Part shown: piece by piece, positions 1-7,688 of the stretch
Layout: each line of letters begins with the position of its first letter
Position numbering within the stretch: position 1 is the stretch's first letter
Virus record (IMG/VR): IMGVR_UViG_3300038393_002515
Strand: one strand, 5' to 3'
From: a virus
Length of the DNA: 64,000 nt
Notes under the pieces: generated by a model
What the model was told of the DNA's origin: nothing
The model's input: the letters and a program-made list of their open reading frames with translations, nothing else
Database searches by the model: none
Translations under genes and position numbers: made by a program

Positions 1-588
1 GGTTTCTCCAGCGCCTACCAGGACTGGCTGAAGAACGAGGGCAAGCGCGAGACGAAGCCCGAGCCGAAGGCCACGGCGGCCACCAAGCCTGAGAAGGAAG
101 TGCGCGTGTGCCCGGAGTGCGTGGAGCAGGGCGTCGAGACGCCTTTCAGCACCACGCACCCCCCGGCCTTGGGTGTCCACCGCCGCTCCAAGCACGGCGT
201 CGCTGGCAGCAGCCCTGAGGCCGTCCGTAAGCGGGGGGTCACGGCCGCCAAGAAGGGCGCCGCCAAGAAGACGGCCAAGAAGGCTCCGGCGGCCAAGAAG
301 ACGGCCCCCGCCCCGGTGCCCGCGCCCCGCACGGCCGTGCCGGTCCCGGCCAAGCAGGAGCCGCTGATCAACATCTCCGGCCTGCCCGTTTCGGTGGCCG
401 CGCCGCTCGGCGAGCTGCTCAACGCCATCAGTGCGACGAGTGGCGACGCGGAGGACCTGCAGAAGGAGGTCGAGATGCTGCGCGACTTCCGCGACCAGGT
501 CGAGGCCGAGGTCAGCGACGCCAACAAGCCCCCGGTCCTGGTCGTCGCCAGCATCCACTCCCTGGTCACGGAGATCAAGCAGAAGTAG
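1..588 (+). CDS. Zn-finger plus Lys/Ala-rich basic-tail DNA-binding protein (5' partial)
   Basis: Frame 1 is open from base 1 to TAG 586-588. CPEC..H..H block followed by AAKKGAAKKTAKKAPAAKK histone-H1-like repeats; GC-rich third positions. Confidence 0.6.
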   Translation, partial: GFSSAYQDWLKNEGKRETKPEPKATAATKPEKEVRVCPECVEQGVETPFSTTHPPALGVHRRSKHGVAGSSPEAVRKRGVTAAKKGAAKKTAKKAPAAKKTAPAPVPAPRTAVPVPAKQEPLINISGLPVSVAAPLGELLNAISATSGDAEDLQKEVEMLRDFRDQVEAEVSDANKPPVLVVASIHSLVTEIKQK

Positions 589-617
589 GCCTCCACCTGG
601 TGTGATCACCCCCATCC

Positions 618-647
618 TTGTCACGCATCTATGTGTGCGTTAGGGTG
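618..647 (+). promoter_or_regulatory. conserved promoter-operator element, copy 1
   Basis: TTGTCA-CGCATCTATGTGTGCGT-TAGGGTG. Confidence 0.6.
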
Positions 648-687
648 GGGGTGTTCCGTTGGCCGCCACAACCGGAGGAGGCGCCCC

Positions 688-1227
688 ATGCCCGCCGAAC
701 GCACGTCGCGCGCAGGAGAGCGCCGTCCCAGCCAGGAGATCGAAGCCGACCCCTTCAGCGTCGACATGTCCGAGATCCCTATGACCCCGGCCATGGTCGC
801 CCTCCACGAGGCCGCGAAACTGCGCTACCTCGTACGCAAGGCCGAGCAGCTCCTGGACGACATGGTCATCGACGGCTCTCAGCTCACGGTCGCCGAAGGC
901 CAGCTGATGCAGTTCATCATGCGAGCCCAGGGCAGGCCCTTCACCTGGCGCTCCCAGCTGAAGAAGCTCTTCGAACGCAGGCGCGGCATCAACCTCAGCG
1001 CCCGCACCTGGCGCCAACGCGCCGCTGGCACCATCGGCCTGGGAGAATCCGAGGAGGTCCCTGGCTACATGAACACCGAAACCCTCGCCGCGCTGCGCGA
1101 GCACATCGAGCCCCTCGCCGAACTGGTCGAGAACGCCGAGGCGCTGCGCAAGGAGCAGTTCCCGGCCCTCCAGCGGCGCACCAAGGCCGCCATCGAGGGC
1201 CCGGCCGTCGAGACCGAAGCCGTCTGA
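688..1227 (+). CDS. hypothetical protein (first gene behind promoter-operator copy 1)
   Basis: ATG 688 follows GGAGGAGG; 42 nt downstream of TAGGGT 641-646; normal composition; high GC3. Confidence 0.65.
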   Translation: MPAERTSRAGERRPSQEIEADPFSVDMSEIPMTPAMVALHEAAKLRYLVRKAEQLLDDMVIDGSQLTVAEGQLMQFIMRAQGRPFTWRSQLKKLFERRRGINLSARTWRQRAAGTIGLGESEEVPGYMNTETLAALREHIEPLAELVENAEALRKEQFPALQRRTKAAIEGPAVETEAV

Positions 1228-1331
1228 ACGAGGCAGCGCCCCCGACAAGGTCCCTGTCCGGACCCCAACGGAGGCGCTGCAACGACACGACCATCACCCA
1301 TTTTCCCGCCTAGGAAGAAGCGACGAGGACC

Positions 1332-2324
1332 ATGTCTGCCCCCCAGAGTACCGTCACCAACGCCGTGGTGTCCCACAGCACCACCACCTGGAAGACCAGA
1401 GCCACCCAGGCCGACTGGGACAAGATCATCACGGACGGGATGATCTACCTCCTCGCCGTCGGCGGCTTCTACCTCGGCTACCAGACCCTCTACGACCTCG
1501 CCACCACCGTCGGCTACACCCCCCACCAGGCCTTCGTCGCCGCCGCCCTCGCCGACATCGCGATCCTCGCCTACTCCCGCAAGGCCGTCGCCGAGATCAA
1601 GGCAGGCCGCTCCGCCTGGGGCATCCGCCTCATCGTCGCCGCCTTCTCCCTGGCCACCTTCGGCCTCCAGCTGCGCGCCGCCTGGCCCCACCCCACCGCC
1701 GTCGGCTTCCACGGCATGGCCCCCGCCGTCTGGATCCTCGGCCACGAGATGATGCTCCGAGGCCGCCTGCGCACCGCCAAGGCCGCCCGCCGCGCCGCCC
1801 AGGTCGCCGCCGGACTGCGCCCCGCCCCCCTCCCGGCCATCCGCCTGTCGTGGTGGCTGCTGGACCCGTACCACACCTTCATCATCTGGCGCCTGGTGAA
1901 GCTCTGGGAGAAGCCCCAGGACGAGGTCATCCGTAACGAGGCCGCCAAGCGCAAGGACAAGGGCAAGAACGTCCCCCGCGCCTGGGAGGGCTACCTGCTC
2001 ACCGCCGAGACTCCCGCCGCCGAGGAGACGGCGGAGGAGCCGGAGCAGGAAGAGGAGACCGCGCCGGAGACCGGCCTGTACCGACTGTCCGACCCCACCG
2101 AGAAGGTACCGACCGAGGACTTCGACGCCTTCCTGCTCAACCTCCCCGTCGCCCCGGTCAAGGGCCGCCCCGAAGACAAGGCCATCGAGTACATCCGCGA
2201 AGTCGACAAGCTGGCCGCCAAGGCCGACATCGCCGTCACCGACAGGTTCATCGCCGGACTGCTCGGCGTCCACGCCAGCCGCGTCTGCCGCCTGCGCAAG
2301 GTGATGGCTCCGGCCAACCCCTGA
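1332..2324 (+). CDS. DUF2637-like polytopic membrane protein with acidic C-terminal tail
   Basis: The N-terminal half has several hydrophobic helices (LLAVGGFYLGY, AAALADIAILAY, LIVAAFSLATFGL) and the C-terminus is Glu-rich. The resemblance to DUF2637 proteins of actinobacterial ICEs/plasmids is from memory. Confidence 0.6.
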   Translation: MSAPQSTVTNAVVSHSTTTWKTRATQADWDKIITDGMIYLLAVGGFYLGYQTLYDLATTVGYTPHQAFVAAALADIAILAYSRKAVAEIKAGRSAWGIRLIVAAFSLATFGLQLRAAWPHPTAVGFHGMAPAVWILGHEMMLRGRLRTAKAARRAAQVAAGLRPAPLPAIRLSWWLLDPYHTFIIWRLVKLWEKPQDEVIRNEAAKRKDKGKNVPRAWEGYLLTAETPAAEETAEEPEQEEETAPETGLYRLSDPTEKVPTEDFDAFLLNLPVAPVKGRPEDKAIEYIREVDKLAAKADIAVTDRFIAGLLGVHASRVCRLRKVMAPANP

Positions 2325-2345
2325 TACGCCGGTAGGGTGAATGAC

Positions 2346-2387
2346 AGCAGAGCCCAGACGGGAGTGACGGTCCGTCTGGGCTCTGCT
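2346..2387. terminator. bidirectional terminator hairpin between convergent genes
   Basis: 16-bp perfect stem AGCAGAGCCCAGACGG / CCGTCTGGGCTCTGCT. Confidence 0.65.
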
Positions 2388-2731
2388 CACAGGCTGTAGA
2401 AGGCCCGGTTCGACTCGTACAGGTCGTCCGCCACGGTGGCCAGCAGGTCGTCGCTGGAGCCCCGGTCGCACATGGTTCCCAGGTCGGCCTCGAACTGCTT
2501 GACCGTGCTCGTCGAGGGCGCCCCGTCATCGCCGTCCGCACTCTTGGCGTTAGCCAGCAGCTCCTGAGCCGCGTCCCAGCGCTCACTGTCACTCAGGTGC
2601 CCGGCCCAGTCCGAGCACGTCTGCGCCCCGTACGGCACCGAGGAGTCCTTGCCGTCGCCGGAGCTGCTCCCGCACGCGACGGCCGAGGCCGCCAGGACGA
2701 CGGCCGCCAGCAACAGGCCCGCTCTGCACAT
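2387..2731 (-). CDS. secreted lipoprotein
   Basis: MCRAGLLLAAVVLAASAVAC signal peptide with lipobox A-V-A-C; SD GGAGAGG upstream. Confidence 0.7.
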   Translation of the reverse strand: MCRAGLLLAAVVLAASAVACGSSSGDGKDSSVPYGAQTCSDWAGHLSDSERWDAAQELLANAKSADGDDGAPSTSTVKQFEADLGTMCDRGSSDDLLATVADDLYESNRAFYSL

Positions 2732-2777
2732 CAGTTCCCCACCTCTCCGGCCCGGCCCTCCCCGGCCGGGCGCGGGC

Positions 2778-3113
2778 CTATTGAACCAGGTCCGAGGAGA
2801 CGGCCAGCGCGCGACGGCATTCTTCGATGGCGGTCACGGGGTCCGGCCAGCAGAACAGCTGGTCGACGCTCAGGGCGCTGACGACCTCCACCCAGCCCAT
2901 CTGGGTCCAGGCACGCCCGCCTCCCCGAGCCATGGTGGAGACGCCCCAGCCAGGCTCCTTGGCCGCGCGCTGGCGGCGCACCAGAAGCTCCTCGCCGCCG
3001 TTCTCGGGGACGGGCACGCGGTACTCGGTGGCGTCGGCGGCGAGGGCCTTGGCAGCCGCCAGCTCGGCGCGCAGGCGGGCGATCTCTTCGGCGGGAGTCT
3101 CGGTCTGGCTCAT
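2778..3113 (-). CDS. hypothetical protein
   Basis: ATG at 3113 (MSQTETPAEE...). The ORF track extends to 3146, but those codons are AT-rich; high GC3 afterwards. Confidence 0.55.
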   Translation of the reverse strand: MSQTETPAEEIARLRAELAAAKALAADATEYRVPVPENGGEELLVRRQRAAKEPGWGVSTMARGGGRAWTQMGWVEVVSALSVDQLFCWPDPVTAIEECRRALAVSSDLVQ

Positions 3114-3152
3114 GTGCCCTCCTGGCGGGATGTGAGTTTTCATCATCTCGCA

Positions 3153-3977
3153 TCAGGCCCGCTCCAGTTCGCCGAACGGGCTGGGGGAGAGGGCGACCAT
3201 GTCGGGAGTGATGCGGGTGGGCAGCTCGGGGGCATCGGGGTCAGGGCAGGCGAGGGCCACGACCTGGCGCAGGATGGTGCGCGGCGTGTGCTGGGGGTCG
3301 AGCCGGTTGCCCCGGTAGCTGACCAGGAGCGGGCCCCGGTCCTCGAACGACTGCGGCGGCCGGTGGGTGCGCACCGGCAGGTAGGCGCGGACGGCGGCGC
3401 GGATCTCGTCGGGGAAGGCGTAGCGGCGGGTGCCGCCGCCCTTCTGCCAGACGTCGCCGATCATCCGGCCGGACTGCTCGAAGCGGACGCCGGGCAGCTC
3501 GAACTCGGTGATCTGCCGAGAGCGCAGCCCGGCCAGCTGCAGGTAGGCGAAGAGCCGGTCGCGCTCGGCCGTCTCGCCCTCAAGCTGGTCGGCGCCCCAG
3601 CGCAGCAGCTCCATCTGGCCGGGGGTGAGCAGCTCGGTCCTGGGTGCGTTCCAGGCGCCGGTGCCCATCTTCGGGTCGACCGGCGTGGTCGTGGTGTGCC
3701 CGAAGTGGTGGGCGTAGGTGTAGAAGGCGCCGACGGCGGAGACGCGCAGGGCCCGGGTGCGGATGCTGCCGCCCTGCATGTCGAGCCAGGTGACGAAGTG
3801 GGAGGGGCGGGCGCGCCAGGCGCCGATCTGGACAGTGTCCTCGATGAAGTCGAGCCAGGCACTCACGTGCTCGGCGTACCGCTCGGGGCTGGTGCCCTGC
3901 AGCAGGCGTCCTTGCTTGCCCCGTCGGTCGGGGTTGTTCTCGTCGAGCCAGGTGGCCAGCACGGTGCGCGCGTCCAT
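3153..3977 (-). CDS. tyrosine-recombinase-like protein lacking the catalytic C-terminus
   Basis: Core-binding-like N-terminus and LAGLRSRQI (Arg-I box). The protein ends ...ITPDMVALSPSPF with no HxxR box and no Tyr box. ATG 3977 is in frame with ORF 3153..4256. Confidence 0.55.
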   Translation of the reverse strand: MDARTVLATWLDENNPDRRGKQGRLLQGTSPERYAEHVSAWLDFIEDTVQIGAWRARPSHFVTWLDMQGGSIRTRALRVSAVGAFYTYAHHFGHTTTTPVDPKMGTGAWNAPRTELLTPGQMELLRWGADQLEGETAERDRLFAYLQLAGLRSRQITEFELPGVRFEQSGRMIGDVWQKGGGTRRYAFPDEIRAAVRAYLPVRTHRPPQSFEDRGPLLVSYRGNRLDPQHTPRTILRQVVALACPDPDAPELPTRITPDMVALSPSPFGELERA

Positions 3978-4013
3978 GGCGGACCATCCTGGCACCTGGG
4001 GCTGACAAACGCC

Positions 4014-4042
4014 GAAGGCCCCGTTGTGTACGCGGGGCCTTC
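4014..4042 (-). terminator. intrinsic terminator ending the 4.0-4.3 kb structured minus-strand RNA
   Basis: 10-bp stem GAAGGCCCCG / CGGGGCCTTC, then GGCGTTTGT on the minus strand. Confidence 0.55.
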
Positions 4043-4314
4043 GGGTGCTGCGGGCGTTCCCTGTGGAGCAGAGTCGGCCGTCGGCGTTTGGATCCTCGCC
4101 CTGGGCGCTGGTGAGCTTGTTTCGATCCCTCTCGGGCCGTATGACCTCCGCTAGCGCGGAGCCAAGCTCTGAGTCACCCCCGCTGACGCGGGGACCAACT
4201 CCGCTTGCGCGGAGCGACCGGCGAGGTCCCAGGGCCCTTGCCGGTGAGGAAGACATTACCTGTTCGCGGGCCGGGGTGTGGGCGGTTCGTCGAGATTCAC
4301 CCCAGCGGAGCGCG

Positions 4315-4572
4315 TCAGGACAGGAGTCCCAGCTTGCGCTGGTCGTTGCGGTCGGCGTTCTTGCACTCCCGGTCGCAGTAGGCGGCGTCGGAGCGCTTGC
4401 GCAGGCGTCGGTGGGGGCCGTCGCCGGTGGTGGCGCATGGTGCGTTCTGGGACTGGCACATGGAGCACCAGTCGATGGGGTCGATGTGGGCGCCGCACCA
4501 GGCGCAGTGGCGGGTGCCGTCGCCGTAGACGACGGCCTGCTCGGACTGACGGCGGGCGTACCGGTTCCTCAT
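4315..4572 (-). CDS. Cys-rich small protein (putative Zn-ribbon), probably leaderless
   Basis: CAWCG..CSMC..C and a C-terminal YCDRECKN motif. TAGGGT lies 6 nt upstream of ATG 4572 on the minus strand, with no SD. Confidence 0.6.
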   Translation of the reverse strand: MRNRYARRQSEQAVVYGDGTRHCAWCGAHIDPIDWCSMCQSQNAPCATTGDGPHRRLRKRSDAAYCDRECKNADRNDQRKLGLLS

Positions 4573-4578
4573 GGGTTC

Positions 4579-4610
4579 ACCCTACTCAGCATCGACTTCA
4601 TACAAAAGCC
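4579..4610 (-). promoter_or_regulatory. putative leaderless promoter for 4315..4572
   Basis: The minus strand reads GGCTTTTGTATGAAG-TCGATGCTGAG-TAGGGT-GAACCC-ATG. The -35 region coincides with the left arm of the 15-bp inverted repeat. Confidence 0.35.
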
Positions 4611-4714
4611 CAGCCGTTCCCAGGTGAAGGAGTCGGCTGAGGACGGCACGGAAAGTTCGGGGCGGGGCCGCGCGCGTGCGGGTTAGAGGGTGGTGCCTCG
4701 GCTTTTGTATGAAG
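4596..4714. repeat. 15-bp perfect AT-rich inverted repeat pair (4596-4610 / 4700-4714) bracketing 89 bp
   Basis: CTTCATACAAAAGCC ... GGCTTTTGTATGAAG in the divergent intergenic region. Confidence 0.8.
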
Positions 4715-4863
4715 TGACCGTATCCGGGTGGGAACGCCGGATGACCTGGGGTGCTGCAGAAGGGTTCGGCGGCTGGCGGGCCGCGTGGCGGATACCCCGA
4801 TCCTGCCACGGCCTCCACGGCGGAGGCCAGCAGCGCCGCGCCCCATTTCGCTAGGCTCCGCCC

Positions 4864-5259
4864 ATGCGAAGCACCGAGCCCGACCAGCCCCTCCACCCCG
4901 ACGACATGCCCCCCGAACTGCGGGCCGCCCTGGCCAAGATGAGCGAACGCGGCAACGTCGTCGACCTCGGCACCGGCGACGTCGTCGCCAAGGACGGCCA
5001 CCTCGTCGGCGACCTCGTCGCCTGCCAGGAATGCGCCCGCGCCGTCGCCCTCGGCTGGTGGGGCTCCACCGCCCGCCACTGCGGCGACCCGGGCTCCCCC
5101 GTCTGCCAGCTGTGCAGCGAAGGCGAAGCCACCCTGACGGCCACGGCCTGGTTCTCGCTGACACTGGAGCTGATCATCCGCAACACCGCCAGCGGCGCCC
5201 GGCGCACCTGGCGCGACGACTCCGTCAAAGGGCTCGGCATCACCCCGCCGCAGACATGA
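4864..5259 (+). CDS. hypothetical protein
   Basis: ATG 4864; high GC3; CQEC...CQLC pairs. Confidence 0.5.
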   Translation: MRSTEPDQPLHPDDMPPELRAALAKMSERGNVVDLGTGDVVAKDGHLVGDLVACQECARAVALGWWGSTARHCGDPGSPVCQLCSEGEATLTATAWFSLTLELIIRNTASGARRTWRDDSVKGLGITPPQT

Positions 5260-5411
5260 CGGTCCCGCCGGAGCGCGTCCGGGGGGAGGACAATGCGCAG
5301 CGTCGGCGGGACCTTGGCAGGCGTGTACCCGGGTCCCGCTTCTTCATGCGCACGCGAAAGGCCCCGCCCATGCGCCACGGGGGTAGCGCACGAGCGGGGC
5401 CGTCTGAGGGG

Positions 5412-6416
5412 TCAGGCTCCGGCGACCTTCCGGCGCCGGGTCGCGGGCCCGGAGGAGGCGCGGTGGCCGCCGTCCGGGGTGAAGACCCGCGTGGCCATGG
5501 CGGCCTGGGTGAGGTGGTCGGCGATGGCGCGGGAGATGACCATGCCGGTGGTGACCTCCACGAACCCGAACTGGCCCGAGGGGTTGGCCTCCAGGAACCA
5601 CCAGGTGCCATTGTGGTCGACCGCGAAGTCCAGGGCTGCGTACGCCAGGTCCAGCCTGCGCATCAGCGCCGTTACCTTCTTGGCCATCGGCAGCGTTATC
5701 GGCGCCGCCTCGTAGTGCTGCTCGTCCTCCGGCACGGCCCGCCAGTCCAGGCCGTCGGCGGTGATCTTGCAGGGGAACATGCGGTCCCCGATCACCGTCA
5801 GCCGGATGTCGTGCGTCTTGGCGATCGGCTGCTGGAAGTAGTGCACCCCGCGCTGGATGTTCTCCCAGCTGTCCCGGATCTCCTGGGTGGAGACCAGGCG
5901 GGCCTGCACGAAGCGGTCCGGGTGGCCGACGAGCGTCTTGCACACCACCTGGCCGCCGCACTCCTCGGCGAACACGGCGGCCTTGTCGGGCTCGTTGGTG
6001 AACAGCGCGTCCGGGGTACGGAAGCCGAGGTCGCGTGCCGTCTTGAGCTGCACCGGCCCCGGCCGGGCGGCCAGGGACCGGTGCGGGTGGTTCACCCACA
6101 GCACATCGCTCAGGCCGTACAGGAAGGACTCCAGGATGGTCCTGGACTCCGTCTGCGCCCATTCGGCCGGGTGCTCCGGATGCCACCAGAAGACCGACAC
6201 GATCGACGCCGACAGGGTGGTGCGGTGGCCGTCGTCGACGGTGAACCGCAGCGGCTCGCCGTCGGCCATGCCGGTCATGCGCAGCACGCCGGGCCGGGCC
6301 AGGTCGTTGGGGTCGATCCGGTGGACGTCCATGTCGCGGTCGGCGAGGTGCCGCACGACGAGATCGGCACCTACGTCATTGGGTGCGGCGACCATGAGCA
6401 CTGTGGGAGGGAGCAT
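5412..6416 (-). CDS. ATP-grasp ribosomal-peptide maturase (graspetide macrocyclase, MdnC/SAV_5884-like)
   Basis: RimK-type ATP-grasp layout with a C-terminal WWFLEANPSGQFGFVE block. The start ATG lies 2 nt after the stop of the precursor ORF (TGA-TC-ATG). Confidence 0.8.
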   Translation of the reverse strand: MLPPTVLMVAAPNDVGADLVVRHLADRDMDVHRIDPNDLARPGVLRMTGMADGEPLRFTVDDGHRTTLSASIVSVFWWHPEHPAEWAQTESRTILESFLYGLSDVLWVNHPHRSLAARPGPVQLKTARDLGFRTPDALFTNEPDKAAVFAEECGGQVVCKTLVGHPDRFVQARLVSTQEIRDSWENIQRGVHYFQQPIAKTHDIRLTVIGDRMFPCKITADGLDWRAVPEDEQHYEAAPITLPMAKKVTALMRRLDLAYAALDFAVDHNGTWWFLEANPSGQFGFVEVTTGMVISRAIADHLTQAAMATRVFTPDGGHRASSGPATRRRKVAGA

Positions 6417-6418
6417 GA

Positions 6419-6697
6419 TCAGTCGTCGTCCTTCGTGGTGCCGGAGGAGTTGACGGTGTAGGAGGGGCCGAAGAGCATCGACTTGGCCGGGGGCGGGGCG
6501 ACCCAGTCGTCGTCCTTCTTCGTGCCGGAGGAGTTGGTGGTGATGGTCTCGTTGGCCAGCTCGTGCCGGGCGACGTCGATGACGGGGGTGCCGCAGGAGG
6601 CCACGTTGAGCTGGCGGGCCCGGTCGTAGGTGAAGGCCGGAGTGCGGTCGGTGACCAGCGGGGGGCGCTCTGCGAGGAGGGCGAACGGAGAGGTCAT
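6419..6697 (-). CDS. graspetide (omega-ester/amide RiPP) precursor with two core repeats
   Basis: Leader SPFALLAERP resembles the microviridin PFFARFL leader motif. Two C-terminal repeats, TTNSSGTKKDDD and TVNSSGTTKDDD, are rich in Thr/Ser/Lys donors and Asp acceptors. SD GGAAGGA. Confidence 0.7.
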   Translation of the reverse strand: MTSPFALLAERPPLVTDRTPAFTYDRARQLNVASCGTPVIDVARHELANETITTNSSGTKKDDDWVAPPPAKSMLFGPSYTVNSSGTTKDDD

Positions 6698-6785
6698 GGT
6701 GGGATCCTTCCGAGCGTTGAGGGGAGCCTAGCGCGAGGCGGGGCTCAACTCGCCCCTGTGCGGGGCGGGTTCACTCATGAAGTTA

Positions 6786-6835
6786 TGACATATTCTCAGA
6801 TCGGAAAAAGTCCTCGGCGCGACTTGGCATATGCC
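6786..6835. repeat. left arm of ~50-bp imperfect inverted repeat
   Basis: TGACATATTCTC...GACTTGGCATATGCC; mirrored at 7642-7688. Confidence 0.7.
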
Positions 6836-6889
6836 ACTCCTGTCGGGCCCGCTCCGGCCAGCTCCAAGGGCTGGAGAGAGGAGCCCGCC

Positions 6890-7138
6890 ATGCCGCCCCG
6901 TCAGAAGAAGCCCGCCCGCACCGCCATCCGTCTCCCCGTCTGGCCCGAGCGGGCCTGCCGCGATCTGGTCGCCGGGGAGTTCGCCAACCACTCCTGCGAC
7001 GTTGTCGAGGGCCACCTGGGCCCGCACGCCTCGACGTCCGTGCCGATCTCCGTGGAGACGCGGCTGGCGTGGGAGAACAAGAACCTCGACAAGCTGGAGC
7101 CGACCGAGGCCGCCGACCCCTTCGTGAACGCGCTGTGA
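6890..7138 (+). CDS. hypothetical protein (gene 1 of IR-flanked three-gene cassette)
   Basis: GGAGAGAGGAG then CCCGCC-ATG 6890; high GC3. Confidence 0.55.
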   Translation: MPPRQKKPARTAIRLPVWPERACRDLVAGEFANHSCDVVEGHLGPHASTSVPISVETRLAWENKNLDKLEPTEAADPFVNAL

Positions 7139-7338
7139 GCGGCGCTGAGCAGTTCCCGGCGCCGCCGACGGCCGATCCCGCCATCGCCCTCCACGACGCG
7201 GCCGTGGCGGCCCTGCAGCGCCTGCACAACTGGCTGGCGGTGAACCGGCCCAAGACGTTGGCGGCCGCCGCCGGGGGCGAGGACGCGGTCGAGGTCGCCG
7301 TGCGACTGCTGGAGCAACTCCCACCGGAGCGCGCGTGA
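7135..7338 (+). CDS. hypothetical protein
   Basis: GTG 7135 overlaps the upstream stop (GTGA); Ala-rich helical sequence. Confidence 0.5.
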   Translation: MSGAEQFPAPPTADPAIALHDAAVAALQRLHNWLAVNRPKTLAAAAGGEDAVEVAVRLLEQLPPERA

Positions 7339-7634
7339 TGGGTGTCCGCGACCGCAGCAGTTCGCCGACCGAGTGGTGCGACTGGTGGACCGGGGTGCAC
7401 CCGCTGGCACCCCACATCGCCTACGGCTGGGTGCCCGAAGGGCTGACGGCAGACCCGTCCGACCCCAACCCCTGGTTCTGGCACTGGTGTTCTCAGCAGG
7501 GCCGGTGGATGGCGCAGGCGACACCCGACCACACCCTCGTCTCGCGCGAGCCGCTCCACATGGAGCCGTCTCTGCTGTGGCCGTGTTGCGGTACGCACGG
7601 GTTCGTCCGGGATGGCCAGTGGATCGACGTGTGA
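7338..7634 (+). CDS. Trp/Cys-rich protein, possibly DUF6527-like
   Basis: ATG 7338 shares one nt with the upstream TGA. C-terminal EPSLLWPCCGTHGFVRDGQWI resembles, from memory, the PS..C.HFF..G tail of DUF6527. Confidence 0.55.
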   Translation: MGVRDRSSSPTEWCDWWTGVHPLAPHIAYGWVPEGLTADPSDPNPWFWHWCSQQGRWMAQATPDHTLVSREPLHMEPSLLWPCCGTHGFVRDGQWIDV

Positions 7635-7641
7635 GCGTCCC

Positions 7642-7688
7642 GGCATATGCCAAGTCAGAGAATTCTCGCGGGAAGTGAGAAAATGTCA
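7642..7688. repeat. right arm of ~50-bp imperfect inverted repeat
   Basis: GGCATATGCCAAGTC...GAGAAAATGTCA. Confidence 0.7.

Noticed and set aside
1332-2324. Interpreting the left end as a separate actinomycete ICE (AICE) because of the DUF2637-like membrane protein.
   Set aside because: Promoter-operator copy 1 (618-647) lies left of it and matches the copies in the phage-like early region. The simplest reading is one element, and no TraB/FtsK or Rep gene is seen. This is not fully excluded.
1065-2471. Long minus-strand ORF (468 aa). Similar antisense or off-frame ORFs include 13289..14755, 16772..18565, 20723..22408, 23474..25558, 30459..32834, 54625..56727, 57519..59966 and 59930..61741.
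   Set aside because: Their translations are Arg/Gly/Ala/Pro/Val low-complexity, typical of wrong frames in very GC-rich DNA. Each is fully overlapped by a + strand gene with an SD, coupled starts and ordinary composition.
2649-4154. 501-aa + strand ORF across the lipoprotein and integrase-like region.
   Set aside because: Gly/Ala/Pro/Arg-rich translation. The opposite strand carries a lipoprotein with a signal peptide and a recombinase-like protein with recognisable motifs.
4100-4215. Possible minus-strand tRNA gene or att-site tRNA remnant next to the integrase-like gene (7-bp stem GAGCTTG/CAAGCTC followed by ACCA).
   Set aside because: It has no T-loop consensus, no D-arm and no 7-nt anticodon loop, and the length is wrong. 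It is kept only as part of a structured-RNA observation.
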